A stretch of DNA of 64,000 bases from Vicugna vicugna (lineage: Eukaryota): positions 1,701,111 through 1,765,110 of the forward strand of contig MU058824.1 of assembly GCA_013265495.1 (NCBI GenBank), in the 5' to 3' direction. Both the position numbers and the translations under genes were made by a program. Numbering within the stretch: position 1 is the stretch's first letter; each line of letters starts with the position of its first letter. Below the pieces are notes generated by a model, which worked only from the letters and a program-made list of their open reading frames with translations, had not been told where the DNA came from and did no database searches. Of the stretch, positions 26,801-40,522 are shown piece after piece.

Positions 26801-28644
26801 ATGTTCTTGGGAGGGCTGTTGACTGTTGTCAGTACCAGTCTCGGCGCAGTCTGGGGTCTTCAGGACATCCTGGGCGAGCAGCCGTGGCAGGTGGCCAGGT
26901 AACCAACCAACTGTTCTATTAATAGCCATGGCTAGCATTTGTGGGGGACCTACCATGTCCTGGACACGGGACTGGTGCTGCACACACTTCATCTCACTGA
27001 ACCCTCACGGCCACCAAGCAAGGGAGGATGCGGGGACCTGGAGGAGATAGGACCCTGCCCCAGGTCACAGTTAGCAAACCATGGAGCTGGGGCTGGATCC
27101 AGGGCATGTCGTCCTGCTTCCAAATCCTGCATTCTTCCTGCTTCCAAATCCTGCATTCTTATCACTGTGCCAGGCCCCTGCCTCAGTCACCAAGGGGAAA
27201 CTTCTCTATCACCTGGTCCAACCTCCTCGCTTGTCAGAGGGAGAAATTGAGGCTTAGAAAGTATCTCTGCAGGTATTGTTCTGGGTTCTGTGATCAAGAC
27301 AGATAACATACCTAACCTCATGGAGCTTAATTCTTTGGGTAGGTAAATTGCAGGAAGTGAAAAGAGCAATAAAGAAGGTAAAACCAGCAGATAGAGAATG
27401 CCTGGGGGGAGGGGGCTTTGGAAAGGGTGGCTCAGGGAAGCCCGCCCTGAGAAATGACAAGTGTTGATATTTGGGTGCCAAGAATATCACACAAAGAGCT
27501 GGGGAAGAAGCTTTCTGGCAGAGTAAGTATCTAATGCCACAGCCCTGAGGTGCAGACAAACGACGTGATCAAAGGACCCAAAAGGTTTAAGGAAGAGAAG
27601 CCTCATAATGGACCATTTCATGCTCCCCAGGAGGAGTGAGACTGCAAAGGATGATTGGGAGAGCCGGCGGGTGGGCGGCAATTACTTGTGAGAAGGGGCT
27701 TGGGGAGTGGGGCTGGGCTAGAGACAGTGCTGTCTCCTTGAAGAACCCTTGGAATTGAAGAGCTTCTGCTGTGTAATTTGAGTGATGAACAGAATAGTGA
27801 TGGCTGGACATGATGAATTTCTGAAGGAAATCATAGATGGATAAAACCTAACACATGGTGTGGTGAACCTAACAGGTAGTGAATTTGTTGCTAGGACACC
27901 ATTCACATTTGGTCAGGCAGAATTCCTGGTGTCCACAGTTCGAGGGACTCGGCTGTACCTTGGCTCTGCTAACAACCTGAGCCAAGGGCAAGAGACTCGA
28001 GCTCCAGTCACAGGATGACCCAGCCTTCAACAGCTCGGCTTCACCACCCTCATTGGGCACTCAACATGGCCCCTAACAACTTGGGGTGGGTTTCAAAAGG
28101 CAATTATGCCCTCAAAGGTCAAATGAGAGAGAAGCAGCAAAGATGGAATGGGACCAGCCTAGCTATATACATGCACACACAAGCTGTGTGACCTTGGGCA
28201 AGTCTCTAGATCTCTCTGTGTCTCTAGCTGCAGGTTGAGGGGGCATATGTGGCGGTCTCTAAGGGCCTTTCCTGGTATAAACTGACAATGAGTTGATAGT
28301 TTCTACATGTGATTTGTCCCCACGGAGGGTTTTTCCAAAGACTTAGCCATGGGCTCTGATGACATTTCTAGCAGAGGAGTTCAGACGTGATTTGAGAAAA
28401 GGCCCACAGAAGGGCTGAGGGTAATGGGTTCCCCTGGAGTGGCATTCATTTGGATGTATAAGCCTCAGGGACTGGAGTAAAAAAGCAGTTTCATTACTTT
28501 GTGGCCTCAATCAGAATGTTAATATTACCAATGAAATTCTTTTATGAAATTCAGCTCAATAGAGGAAAAAAAAATTTTTTTCAAATACTGAGTTATGCTA
28601 TAATATTACGGAAGATAAAAGGGAAGGGCACAATGTAGAGGTCA

Positions 28645-29210
28645 GAACGGCCTTTACACCTGAGCAACTGGGCCCTGCTCTGGGCCCCATGCTCTAAGAG
28701 GACCTCACTCAGGCCCCAAGGGGTTCAGAATGCACAAAGCCACAGGGACATGACCACCTGGACCCCCCCATTCCCTCCACCTCCTAGGCGCTGAATTCCC
28801 AGCTCACATGGCTGGAGCCACTTCCTGAGGAGCCTCTTCAGGGAGGACTGGGCCTTTGGGATGGTCAAATGGCTGCTGATGCTGGAAGGGGGAGGCGGTA
28901 TGGACGGAGCTTGGCTGAACTGTGGGATAGAGTAGGATGGGAAGGGAAGGGGTGGGTGGGCCACCCAGCAAGGCCAGCTACCCCGGTGCTGCTGTGTCCA
29001 GATTGAAACTCTGAGGAGCCCCAGACTTCTGAATGCAAACTTGGCCTTCTAGATGATTAGGAAGGTATATTTACCTTCCTTTAACCCGTTATGTTGGAAA
29101 GATAGAAAATATTTTGTTGAACAGTTTGTTTGCTTTCCTGTAACTTACTATTTAGTCATGTGGTACATGGGTCTCTAGCTCCAGACCCCCAAATGTCAGG
29201 AGGAGGCCTG
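28645..29210 (-). mobile_element. hAT-Tip100 element (MER115/Zaphod-like)
   Basis: ttggccttctagatgattaggaaggtatattt...aacagtttgtttgct...ccccaaatgtcaggaggaggcctg resembles this family. The subfamily is uncertain. Confidence 0.5.
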
Positions 29211-29370
29211 GTTAGGGTGCATTATTCCTTCACCCCAGCAGAGGCAGACGGCCAGGATTAGGATATCAGCCCTGCCACTCACTTGGCCCTAAGCAAGTTG
29301 ACTTTCCTGAGTCAGTTCTCTCATCTGTAAACCGGGACAATAACAGTACCACCACACAAGGTTGTTGTGA

Positions 29371-29841
<471 letters not shown>

Positions 29842-31284
29842 TAACATCCTGTGGGCTGTACGGCTGCGGGACTGCTGAACCGGGCGGGTACAGTGGTGCT
29901 CCCCAACACGCTGTACCACTTCTCTGTAACTTCCCTCATAGATTCTATTATATTACAATCTATTAGATTAAATTAGGTTAGGGTTAGAAAGGGCATAGTG
30001 AGTTGACTGCACACAAAGCAGGTAGAATCCACCAGGTGATGGAGTGGGGTGGGGTAAGGTGGGCCAGCTCTACACCCAAAATCAAGTTCAAATCCTGGGC
30101 CTTCATATTCAAGTTACCATCTTCAAGCTAGAGTTTTCATTCCTCAAATGGGAATACCTCCCTCTCACAGTGGTTATAAAGATCCACTGTTACAAAGTAA
30201 AACTGCTAGTATCTGTTGAGCAAGCTACTGGCTCTGAGCTTCAAGATTCTCAGCTGGGAAATGGGGATAACGTCTTGCATGGAAATTGGGAAAATTAGCA
30301 ATAATGAGAATCACTGCTATTTCCTGGATGCTTATTATGTGCTAGACACGTGCTGGGCACTTTATGTAGATTAGGTTCAATGGTGTATGCCCAGTGCTAG
30401 GCACATGCAGGCACTCAGTAGATGCTAGTGGTTGTTATTGTGGTAATGGTCTCACTGCATCCGTATGCCACACATGGGAAGTAGGTGCTGTTATCCTTGT
30501 TAAAGGTGAGGAGTCTGGAGCTCAGAGCATTTAAATACCAGGGCTAATCAGAGGCAGAGCTGGGATTCAAATCTGGGTCTAGCTTTTTAATTGCTGCATC
30601 ATACTGCCTCTGGTAGTGGACATCAGTGATAGTTACTTACGTCTCATGATGATTTATTTGTCATTAACTCTGCTCCCAGAAAATAATGACAATTTGCCTA
30701 AATAGGTTGAAGTGGCTGAAGTGCTGTCCTTTGTTCTAATTTAAAGAGTCATTTAGAGAATCAGTCTGTCTTAGGAGTAGATAAGATGAGCTGACTGGTA
30801 TATTCCTTAAACGTTCATGTTCCTTTGTGTGCGCTCTCAGGCTTGAATTGCTGCTTTGACAGGCCAGGGCTTGTGCAGGTAGGTGCTGACTGTAGACCAT
30901 GATGTGAATGCCAAAGTGAGTAAGATGGGCTCCCCGTCCTGGAGCCCATGGTCCAGGTGCAAGGGTGAAACCTGGACTCAAATGACAATAAGAGGTTAAA
31001 AGTGCTCAGCACCATGGGGGAGACTGTGTGAGCCCAGAGGGGTTTCTGTGACCCTTGATGAAACAGTCAGGGAAAGCTTTTTGGAAGCGGCAGCATTTGA
31101 GCTGTGCCTTAGACATGCAGAGTGGGCTGGAGGTCCAGCCAGGAGCATGGTGAGCAGGGGAGGGATGCAGCAGGAACAGTTACTTTGTCTGGAATATTGA
31201 AGGGGAGGATGATGAGGCTGATCAGGTAAATTGGAGCCCAGTTCTGTAGAGGCAAGCTAAGGATGCTGGCCTTCATCTCACAGG

Positions 31285-31470
31285 CCAAGATTCTCCAAGT
31301 GCACCTCAGCCAGCAGCAGCCACATCCCCTGGGATCCAGTTAGAAATGCAAATTATGCAGCCTGTCCCCAGGCCCACTGGATCAGAATCTCCAGGGTTGG
31401 GGCCCAGCTATCTGTGGTTTAACAGACCCTCCAGGTGATTCTAATGCAGGCTAGAGTTTGAGAACCACTG
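31285..31470. mobile_element. MER5A (hAT-Charlie) DNA transposon; related fragments near 24820 and 33380
   Basis: ttagaaatgcaaatt...atcagaatctccagggttggggcccagc...ctccaggtgattctaatgcaggctagagtttgagaaccactg. Confidence 0.85.
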
Positions 31471-34400
31471 CTCTGGGCAGTGGGCAGTATGGAAATTTGC
31501 TAAAAAGAAGGAGGTTTCCAAATTCTTGAGTAGATCCACTTTTGACCTGAGGCCTGGGCATCTGCTCCCACAGCTCAGAAGTAAAGGCTCTATATAGTTA
31601 CCAGGAAAGGCCGTGTTCATAGCGCAGCTGAGACCCAGACTGGAAATCTAATTTTTTTTCTCAGCCCAGTGGTTTCAAAATTACCTTCTTATCCTCAGAA
31701 CCTTTTGTTATAAAATTTTACGTTGTGCCTGATACATAATACAGATTAAAGAGGGGTCTCTCAGGTGAACAGAGGAGGAGCCCAAAGCCCTGCGATCGGC
31801 CCCCTCCCCAGTCCTCCCCGCAGCCCCGAGACCCCCCCACCTCAGAGGGGCTCCAAGGGCACCAAGTATTTCGGAAGTGCTTTCTGTTTGTGGTACAAAC
31901 TCATAGGCTGAGCCTTAGAGGGGCTTGGGATTTGCTTGGGGTCCCACCTGTAGCATTGTGGCAAAGCTGTCTCAACATGTGGGTACACTTTTTCAGGTCC
32001 TCTTTTCATGCTTTTTTTCTTACTGAATAGAATGAATTCCTAGTATCCTAAATTGAAACGGCTGGATAGAGAGCTACAGAATCTAGGAAGCCTCTCCTAA
32101 TCCTAGAACTTGGCATTTTGTCTAGATGCCTGATGTATCTTAGTTGGAGAGCATTTATAACTACTCCTAAGGGCTCCCTCTCACCAAAGCCAAATAATAC
32201 ATAATCCCTACTTGATGAGCAATTAGATGAGGCTGCCTGAAATGCTTCATACAGCTTGAAGATGAGTTTCTTTTTAATGGGAAATTCCTCGACACATATT
32301 TATGCCTGCTCTGGTTTGTGACTCATAATTCAGCGAATGTCAGAACTGAAAGCAGTCTTAGAGATCCTCAAATTCAGCTGCCTCGTGTTGAGTATCCGAG
32401 ATATGGGTGGGGAGTTTCAAAGTCACGTGGAAAGAAGGTTCGATTTAGCCAGAACAGTTGCTCAGATTGCCTTGCCCCCACCACACTACGTGCTGTCTCC
32501 CTCCTCTTTGTGCAAGTCCTCCATTAGTTGAGAAAGAAATTGCAATAGTGAAACAGTTCTTCACTTTTTCCCCCTTCCTCCTTATCCCCTTCTTCACATG
32601 TTAACATGTGCTTGTCACCAGGCTGTAAGCAGGTTTCATTAAAATTGTGTTCTGATCAGGGGGAAAAGGCCATCTTCTGACAAAATAAAAAGTGTCCCTG
32701 TGGTCCAAGGAGACCACAGAAGGCCAAGTTCAGCCATAAATAAAGAGTTAGAAAGGAAAGGAACAGGAGATAGAAATAAATTGAAGCATTTTCTATTTGC
32801 TGAAGGGTTTTCATTATACAGCACACCCCGTATCCATTTTTCCACTCTCAAGCAGACAGTTTATTCTGGGTCACCCTCATTCAATGTGTTTACTATATGG
32901 GAAATCGTTTGAACACATTAAATTAATTATATCTGTGACTCAATTTCAATTGATTCAGTATGTACTCTTGCCTGGGAGCTTGACATGTGGCCACGCATTG
33001 GTGTGTGAAGAAGAGGTTTCTTCCAGGCATCCCAGATTAGATATCTGGCTTAGCTTGGAGACCAGCTCTGTTTCCTTTTCTTAGGATCTCTCCTGCCGGC
33101 AGCCCTCCTCAGAGAACACTGGGAAACAGGATCTGTATTTTCCCTGCACACCAATGGCCTGAGGGTTCTGCCACCTCTGATTCCCCGAGTGCACGGTTCT
33201 GATGTGGGGCCCTGTCATTACTTCTCTCTGGTCTGCAAATCTCAGAATGCTTTCTCACCTGGAAACCCTTCTTCTGCCAAACATGTCACCAGAAACTCAG
33301 GTTAGAATTGTCTGTTTAGGTCCCCAAAGCCCAGGGCATTCTGAGAATCCCAGCTCAGCAGGGTTCATCTCGGGCAAGAATTCCTAAACTTCTATATGTA
33401 TGAGAATCTCCCAGGGAGGTTCATTAAAAATTCAGATTTCCTGGCCCCACCTCAGAACTCCTGATTTGGTGGCTTTGCAGCAGGGCTAAAAAATTCCCAC
33501 TATTAACAAGAGTCCCAGTGGAGCTCTGTCAGATGTGCACGTGTGCACACACATGCAAACACACATACACACACACACACTCTTTTTGAATTTAAATCTG
33601 GCAGAGATGTGTTTGTTGCTCCATCCATTCGCTCCTTAGCAGACCCTGTGCTGGGAGCTGGGAGCGTAGAGAGGAATAATGGGGGTCTGACCCTCAAGAG
33701 CTCCTTGCCCAGTAGGGAGACACTAGATGAACAGTTGCTGGGCACTGTCCAGGGTCAGCTCAAGGCCCTTGGAGGGAGGGCTCCATTCTACTTATGGGAG
33801 TAAAGATGAGGGAGCTGTCCTTGATTTTCCCACAGTTCCTCAGCAGAACTCTATATGTGGGTAACTGCAAGGTGCCCGTCTGCGGGTTCTCCCTGGGCCA
33901 TGCCCGTGGAGCAAGGGTACAATGCCAGCTGCTCCCTCCCCAGCACTCAGGGCTGTATACTGTGGCTTAACAGACTCCTCCAAGGAGGCCTTTCTACCAA
34001 AGAGGCACTTAATTCATCGACAAGCTTATACCTATAACCCTTCCAAGCCCGCTTACGGACATGTGCTGAGTATCCAGGTGGAAATCAAAGCTTAAATTTT
34101 CCTGAGAGTGATCAGTTTCTTAAAACAAGGATGACTTACCAGCCCTCAAAGTGGATATATCCTTTGGATATGCCAGACTTAGATCTGATGGCTCTGACCA
34201 GCAGTATTCCCCCGTTAGTAAATGTTTCACGTTAACTTTGTGGTGCCTGTAACAGAGGCTGAAAAAGAGAATCTTGTTACATCCTGTCATGAAAATGTAA
34301 TGTGTGTAATAATTGCTCCAGAAAGTTACTGGGATATGTACCCCAGGTCTGGGTTGGGGCATGAGGCTTCCAAGAGCTCTTGTCCATAGAGAAACTGAAA

Positions 34401-35098
34401 GAAGCTTCTGGGAATATCTTTGATTGTGAGAAGAGGGCCTGTCCTTGTTAAAGTATTTCCTGTGAATACGTCCTCACTCCCTATTGGCAGACCTCACGTA
34501 GAAGCGATCACAGCTGCAAAGAGGGTGACCCGTGAGTTCCTCCAAATAACAGGGCTGTTCTTCATCCTCTGCCCAACCTCTCCAGCCAGCTTCAGGTCTG
34601 GACATCTCAATTTAACATCTGTCTGGAGAGGCTGGCAGCCTCAGGTCCAGGCACATCACCTCTGATGGCTGTTGTCACTAACTGATCTCATTAAGAAGGT
34701 GACGAAGACAGCAGGTGGTGATTTGCAGAGTTTATTGATTTATTTGTATTTGTTGCTGGAGAACAAGAATCCAGCCTTCACCAGTGTGTCCCTTAAACTT
34801 CAAGTTTTTATGCAAAAATTTTTTGAAAATCTCTCTCCAAGATTCAAATACTACCTCCTTCCTCCCCCTGCCAGCATGTTATCTGAAAAGAGGACATCAT
34901 AGAGTAAGCTAGTTTGGTGGGATTCCAGTCACTCCAGGCACTTGGAATCAGGTGGTTAGAGGAAGTCAACCAGCTCCTCGTCCAGGGAAACCGCACTGTT
35001 GGCTGAAGCCCCACTTATTTCACACCCACTGTTTCCTGGCCCTACTGTGGCCCTGAAGTTATGCAGTCGACTTTTTTATTCAAAGAGGAGACTTACAC

Positions 35099-35103
35099 CA
35101 CAC

Positions 35104-35140
<37 letters not shown>
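35099..35140. repeat. (CA)n microsatellite
   Basis: Directly visible run of ~17 uninterrupted CA units plus a short leading part. Confidence 0.95.
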
Positions 35141-35142
<2 letters not shown>

Positions 35143-36329
35143 ATGAGTTAAACAGCATCTTGTTCAAGTTGGCCCATCTCTCCTGCCTGTCTGATCTTTG
35201 GGGTCCTGGTTTTATTGTTTAGTACAGAAGCTTCTCACCAGCCACCCATTTGTGCCTTATGTCATCATTTAGCCTGTAGATTTTTTTTTTTAGGTTGAAT
35301 TTGAGTGAGACAAGAAATGGAGCACTAGGAACTCCATCTAGAAGTAGAGAAAATTCTACCAATTTAGGATTTGAACCATTTTGGGGCTGGTCATTTTATC
35401 AGTCATGACTCCATCCCCTGGACTCTCAGGATTCTGTCTGTTTCTCGATTTTATCCTTGAGACGATCACTAGAGAACTTGTCAGAAGATCTGCCACAATC
35501 TGAGTGTGATGTGCCTACTGCATGTCCTAGAAAACAAGGCATATCCCATTGACCAACTGCTAGCTCTGGACACCACTCAGGGTTTCCTGTCCTAAGGTCC
35601 CCCTTTCAGGAGTCTTTCTTAGCCATTGGCCATAATCAACAGCAAACCCTTCTAGAACTTCCTCTGCACCCTACTTGTCTCCATCCCAGACCCGGGGAAT
35701 TGCAGTGGAATTGCATCATACAAAAACTTAACAAAGGAGCTGATTTGAGAACTTAATCTCTCTCCCTTTATTCCCTAGCTAAGGAGCCCACCCACAAACT
35801 CCGACAAAACACACCATTGCCTGGGGCATGGCAGTGAGGAACTGTAACAGGAAATGCAAATTTGAGAAGTCAGACAAAAGGAGGCCACAGCCTAGTTCAC
35901 TACTTAGAGCTGTGTGACCTCAGGGAAATTATTTACCTCTCTGTGCCTCACTTTCCTCATCTATGAAGGGAAATATAACTTACTTCATAGGGGTTATGTG
36001 AGAAATAACAGTGGTGTTTAGCACCCAATAACTGCACCATCATTACTATTACAATTATTATTGTTGTTATTATTACCACTGCTATTATGGTGGTGATTTT
36101 TTCAAAAAACAATTTATGTGGATCTAATCAATATTCAGACTTACATCCAACAATCATTCTATACCTAAGTGCCAGTCTGTTTCACATATATTATCTCATT
36201 TAATTTTCTCAACAATAAACAAATCTATTAACTTGTATTAAAGATACAGGAACACTTTTGAGTTCCCTCCCTGCTACCATTCACTCTGGGGATTTGATAG
36301 TTACCTTGAGGGTGGAAAGAATCTGCCCA

Positions 36330-36830
36330 CAGACCTCCCAGTGTTCCTCCCTTTAGTCTGGCTCCATGCCACTCAAACTCCCATGGCCCTAAGAATTACC
36401 ACTCAGGATCATACACAGAAACTAGCCACAGCAGATGCTGTTGGTGCCCCAGCCAGATCTCCTGGGATCCCTTTTAGGGGTTTGGTGAGGTTTGCCCATC
36501 CTCTGCGCACATCCAGCTGTGCAGGTGCCCCTGCTAACAGCCCACCCCTTCCTTGGGCAACTGGAGCCTCCCAACCGGGAGGTGCCTGGGACTCACGTCC
36601 CACCCAGCAAACTGCAGCAATGATGACTGGCTGGAGTGGTAGTCAGACACCTGTGGGATTCACCTCTGGAGCTCCCCGCGGGATTAGGCTGAGGCTTGCT
36701 CTGAAGACACATCTAAGTTTGGCCTCTTCCCTCTTTGTCTGTCCCTTACAGCTTTCTCTTGAGAACGTGTCTGTAATAAATCACCTGCACACGATTTCCT
36801 GTCCTAGGCTCTGCTTCTGGGGGACATCTG
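36330..36830 (+). mobile_element. ERVL solo LTR (LTR16-like)
   Basis: 3' end aataaatcacctgcacacgatttcctgtcctaggctctgcttctggggga, with a poly(A) signal. Confidence 0.7.
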
Positions 36831-38214
36831 TGTGTCTTTATGGAAAATTTAAACATTTTCAAGAGAGACTTTTACTGTAAGCTAGTTGTTATCTCTGCAT
36901 TAGGTTTAGCACCAACCTAATCACATCCATCACCTTCCTGACACCAGGTAGAGGGTTTCAGACTCATCTCCCTTGTACTCTGCTGCCCTCTGCTCCTACC
37001 CCTGCCTCTTGCATTCAGCCTGTGCGAGAGCCATATTTGTCTCCTCCAGTGAGTCAGTAGCTCCCAGATTTGTGGGGACCACAGGTCTTCATCCCTCTGG
37101 TCCCCAGAGTACTTCACCTGGCGCGTTACACCTGGTAGAAACTCAGAAGGTAGAACCTTGAGTTAACTTTGTGGGATTGAATCCACACACGATCAAGAAA
37201 TTCAGTCCCTCTCTCCTACTCTGCCTCCTTCCAGACTTCTCTAAACTAAAAAGACTTTTTCTACCCCATAATCAGAACTGACAACAGAAGTATTAACAGG
37301 GTCCATAGTTCTTGAATCTGCTGACCTCAATTTCCAGATTATTGCTGTAATAGCTGGCGTCACTGTTTCACACAGGTTGTGGAAATCTCCCCCATATGTG
37401 TGTGTGTTGGGATGGGGATTGAGGCTCTTGCTCTTCCTTCCTGAGGCCCCCTAGCCCCTCCCTATTCTCTCCCATTAGCATCTCTCTGGGGCTCAGTTCC
37501 CTGGGCCTGAGGGGGAGAGGGGTTTGCTCATGGGCCCTCTGTGACTTCAGACCGTAAGGAGCATTTCCTAGAGGTAACTGCAAGTAATAAAAAACAGTAA
37601 TAGTCATCGATGTGACTGCCCTGTGCACAGAGTACATTTACAGTTTCCCCCTCCTTCGTTTCTCAATGCACTTACAGTTATTAACTTAATTCTAATAATA
37701 GCTATCAATTAATGAGCCCCTGCATCCCAGGCAGTGTCCTGAGCACTGCACATGCTATTGAATGTGATGCTCGAAACAGCCACCCAGCAGGGGATGTGTA
37801 ATTCCAAGTGCCTGGAACACTCCTCCCAGTGAGCTGCGTCTGATTTTCTCACGGATGTCACATCTTTGTCCATGTGTCAGCTACTCAGTGAGGCCTTCCT
37901 GGCACCCTATTTAACATTGCAACTCCACCCGCTTTGTTCTTCTTCATAATAGTTACCCCACTTGACGTGCACCCTATTTTACTTATTCACTGTGCTTTGT
38001 TTTTTGCTGTATTGCTTCGGCTTAGAACCAGGTACCTGGGACCTAGTAGGTGCCTGGTAAATATTTGTTAAATGATTGAATGGTTTAGATAATTAGCAAC
38101 CATATCATTGATTTAAAAAAACAAAACAAAACAAAACAAATAGGCTGAGCAAAGATAAATGATTTACCCAATATCGTACAGGTAGCAAGTGACAGAGTTT
38201 ATTCAAAGCTGCCC

Positions 38215-40235
38215 GATCTGGCTGACTCAAAAGCCCATGTTCTTAACCATCGAGATATTCTGTTCCTTCAGCTAGCATTTCCAGCACCCCCTCTAAGCCA
38301 GACTTGAGTCAGGCAGGAGGGGTAAGACATAAGGTTTGCCCCGCAAGGAACTTGCTATTCAAACAACCACATGAGCTTCATGAGAGGGAGAGCAGAAACG
38401 ACTCTCCCGTGTTAATAGTGGAGGATATTGTGGTCCCCTCTCTGACCAGGTTATTTGTGTGTACGTCTGCCCCTTTCCACTGGACAGTGAGCCTGTGAGC
38501 TCCTTGACTGGGACTGGGACCTGTGATTTTCTCTGTACCTCTGATGCCTTGTATAATACTGGCTCTTAGTCCTCGAAACACGTTTGTTGATTGAATGCAT
38601 TAGGAAATTGTAGCTCAGCGAGGCAGAGTAGCTATGCTTGGGTCCCACTGTGTATTGCTGGTGAGCCTATCAGATCTGCATCCTAGGTCTTCTGAATCTA
38701 AATGCGAGTGTCTCCAAATGTTGTGTTTTTGGGTGCTGCTTGGCTGCTCTCCCCCGTTTATTTAAACACAATCACAAATGACTGCAGATAATGTACAGCA
38801 CAGGGAAGAATCCTACTCCTTCTGCTGTCAGATAAATTTGAAAGATCAAAATAATGTGGTTTAGCAATTTGTTTGAATTGATGCCTAGCCTTCCAAAGCT
38901 TGCAAGTTTGACTTCCTCAAGTCAGGGGGAAAAAATAGCTGTTTCCTTATGAAAAGCAGTGTAGGGGAGTGTATCATCCCATGGGAGCGTCTACAGAAGC
39001 CCTGTGTACAGACTCTGTCCGGGTCCCTGAGTGAAACAGTCAAAGGAAGAGTTCGGTGACATGGTGGTTGTAGTAACATTACTATAATGACAGATGTCGT
39101 GATAATAGGAATGGCTAATAGTTTTCAGTGCTCACTATATGCCAGGTGCTATGTTAGGCCCTTAAATGTATTACCCCATTTAGTTCTCATAATAAGCCCT
39201 GTTATAAGTTGAATTGCGTCCTCCCAAAATCTATATGTTGAACTCCTGACCCAAAGCACCTCAGAATGTGACCTGACTTGGAAATAGAGTCATTACAGAT
39301 GTAATTAAGATGAGGTCATACTGGAGTACGATAACCCAGTGTAACTAGCGTCCTCTTAGAACACATATGTTGAACTCCTGACCCAAAGCACCTCAGAATG
39401 TGACTCAGAGTCATTACAGATGTAATTAAGATGAGGTCATACTGGAGTACGATAACCCAGTGTAACTAGCGTCCTCTTAGAACAGGGAGATTTGGAGACA
39501 GACATGCATCCAGGGAGAAACCCACGAGAAGATGAAGGCAGAGATGGAGTGATGCTTCTGTAAGCCAAGGAATGCAGATGATGGCCAGCAAGCTACCAAA
39601 AGCTGGGGGAGAGGCGTGGAACTGGTTCTTCCTCACAGCCCTCCAGAAAGAACCAGCCCTGCCGTCACCTTGATCTTGGGCCTGTAGCCTCCAGAACTGA
39701 GAGAACTTACATTTTATTCACTTCTTTCCTGACTTGGGGGGAGGGAGGTATTATATACCCCATGTTACATATTCTTCTTATTCATGTATTTTAAAATAAC
39801 ATATTTCTTTTTGTGATTACTAAAATAATACATGTTCATTATAGAAAATGTAGAAAAATATAAGACAAGCACCAAAGAGAAAATCAGAGGCACCTGTAAC
39901 TTCATCATTGAAGTAACTATGGAACACTGTAAGCACTTACACTTCACACTCAGATGTGCTCACTGTCCAGTGGAAAGGGGCAGACGAACACACAAATAAC
40001 CTGGTCAGAGAGGGGACCACAATATCCTCCACTATTAACACGGGAGAGTCGTTTCTGCTCTCCCTCTCATGAAGCTCATGTGGTTGTTTGAATAGCAAGT
40101 TCCTTGCGGGGCAAACCTTATGTCTTACCCCTCCTGCCTGACTCAAGTCTGGCTTAGAGGGGGTGCTGGAAATGCTAGCTGAAGGAACAGAATATCTCGA
40201 TGGTTAAGAACATGGGCTTTTGAGTCAGCCAGATC
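38215..40235. repeat. 278-bp inverted repeat pair (38215-38492 and 39958-40235), 1 mismatch, 1465-bp spacer
   Basis: Read directly from the sequence. It also appears as near-identical ORFs 38304..38498(+) and 39937..40146(-). Confidence 0.97.
39200..39705 (+). mobile_element. MaLR LTR (MLT1B-like) with an internal tandem duplication and a missing 3' end
   Basis: tgttataagttgaattgcgtcctcccaaaat...acctcagaatgtgac...ccagaactgagaga. The usual aataaa...aactaataca end is absent. Confidence 0.85.
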
Positions 40236-40337
40236 TTTTAAAAAAAAAAAAATCCTTTCCAACCATTTGTTTTGATCCCTCACATTATAAAGCTTTTTCT
40301 ATGGCAACAGTTCTCAATCTTGTAACCCCACCTTTGC

Positions 40338-40522
40338 TTTTTTTTTTAAATTGTGATAAAATATACATACCATAAAATTTACCATTAACCATTTGTAAGT
40401 ATTCAGTTTAGTGGCATTAAGTACATTCACACTGTTGTGCAACCATCACCACCATCCATCTGCAGAACTTTTTCATCTTCCCAAACTGAAATTCTGTCCC
40501 CATTAAACAGTAACTCCCCATT
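40338..40522 (-). mobile_element. LINE-1 3' end (L1MB-like)
   Basis: T-tract followed by aattgtgataaaatatacatac...gtggcattaagtacattcacactgttgtgcaaccatcaccaccatcc. Confidence 0.85.

Noticed and set aside
28565..28582. A-tract/T-tract palindromes here and at ~7170
   Set aside because: Low-complexity homopolymer junctions are common in mammalian introns.
36341..36880. 179-aa ORF
   Set aside because: Lies within an LTR16-like solo LTR, starts at GTG and has no protein-like features.
38304..40146. Two near-identical small ORFs (MSQAGGVRHK...) on opposite strands, suggesting a duplicated gene
   Set aside because: They start at TTG, overlap L2-derived sequence and simply reflect the 278-bp inverted duplication.
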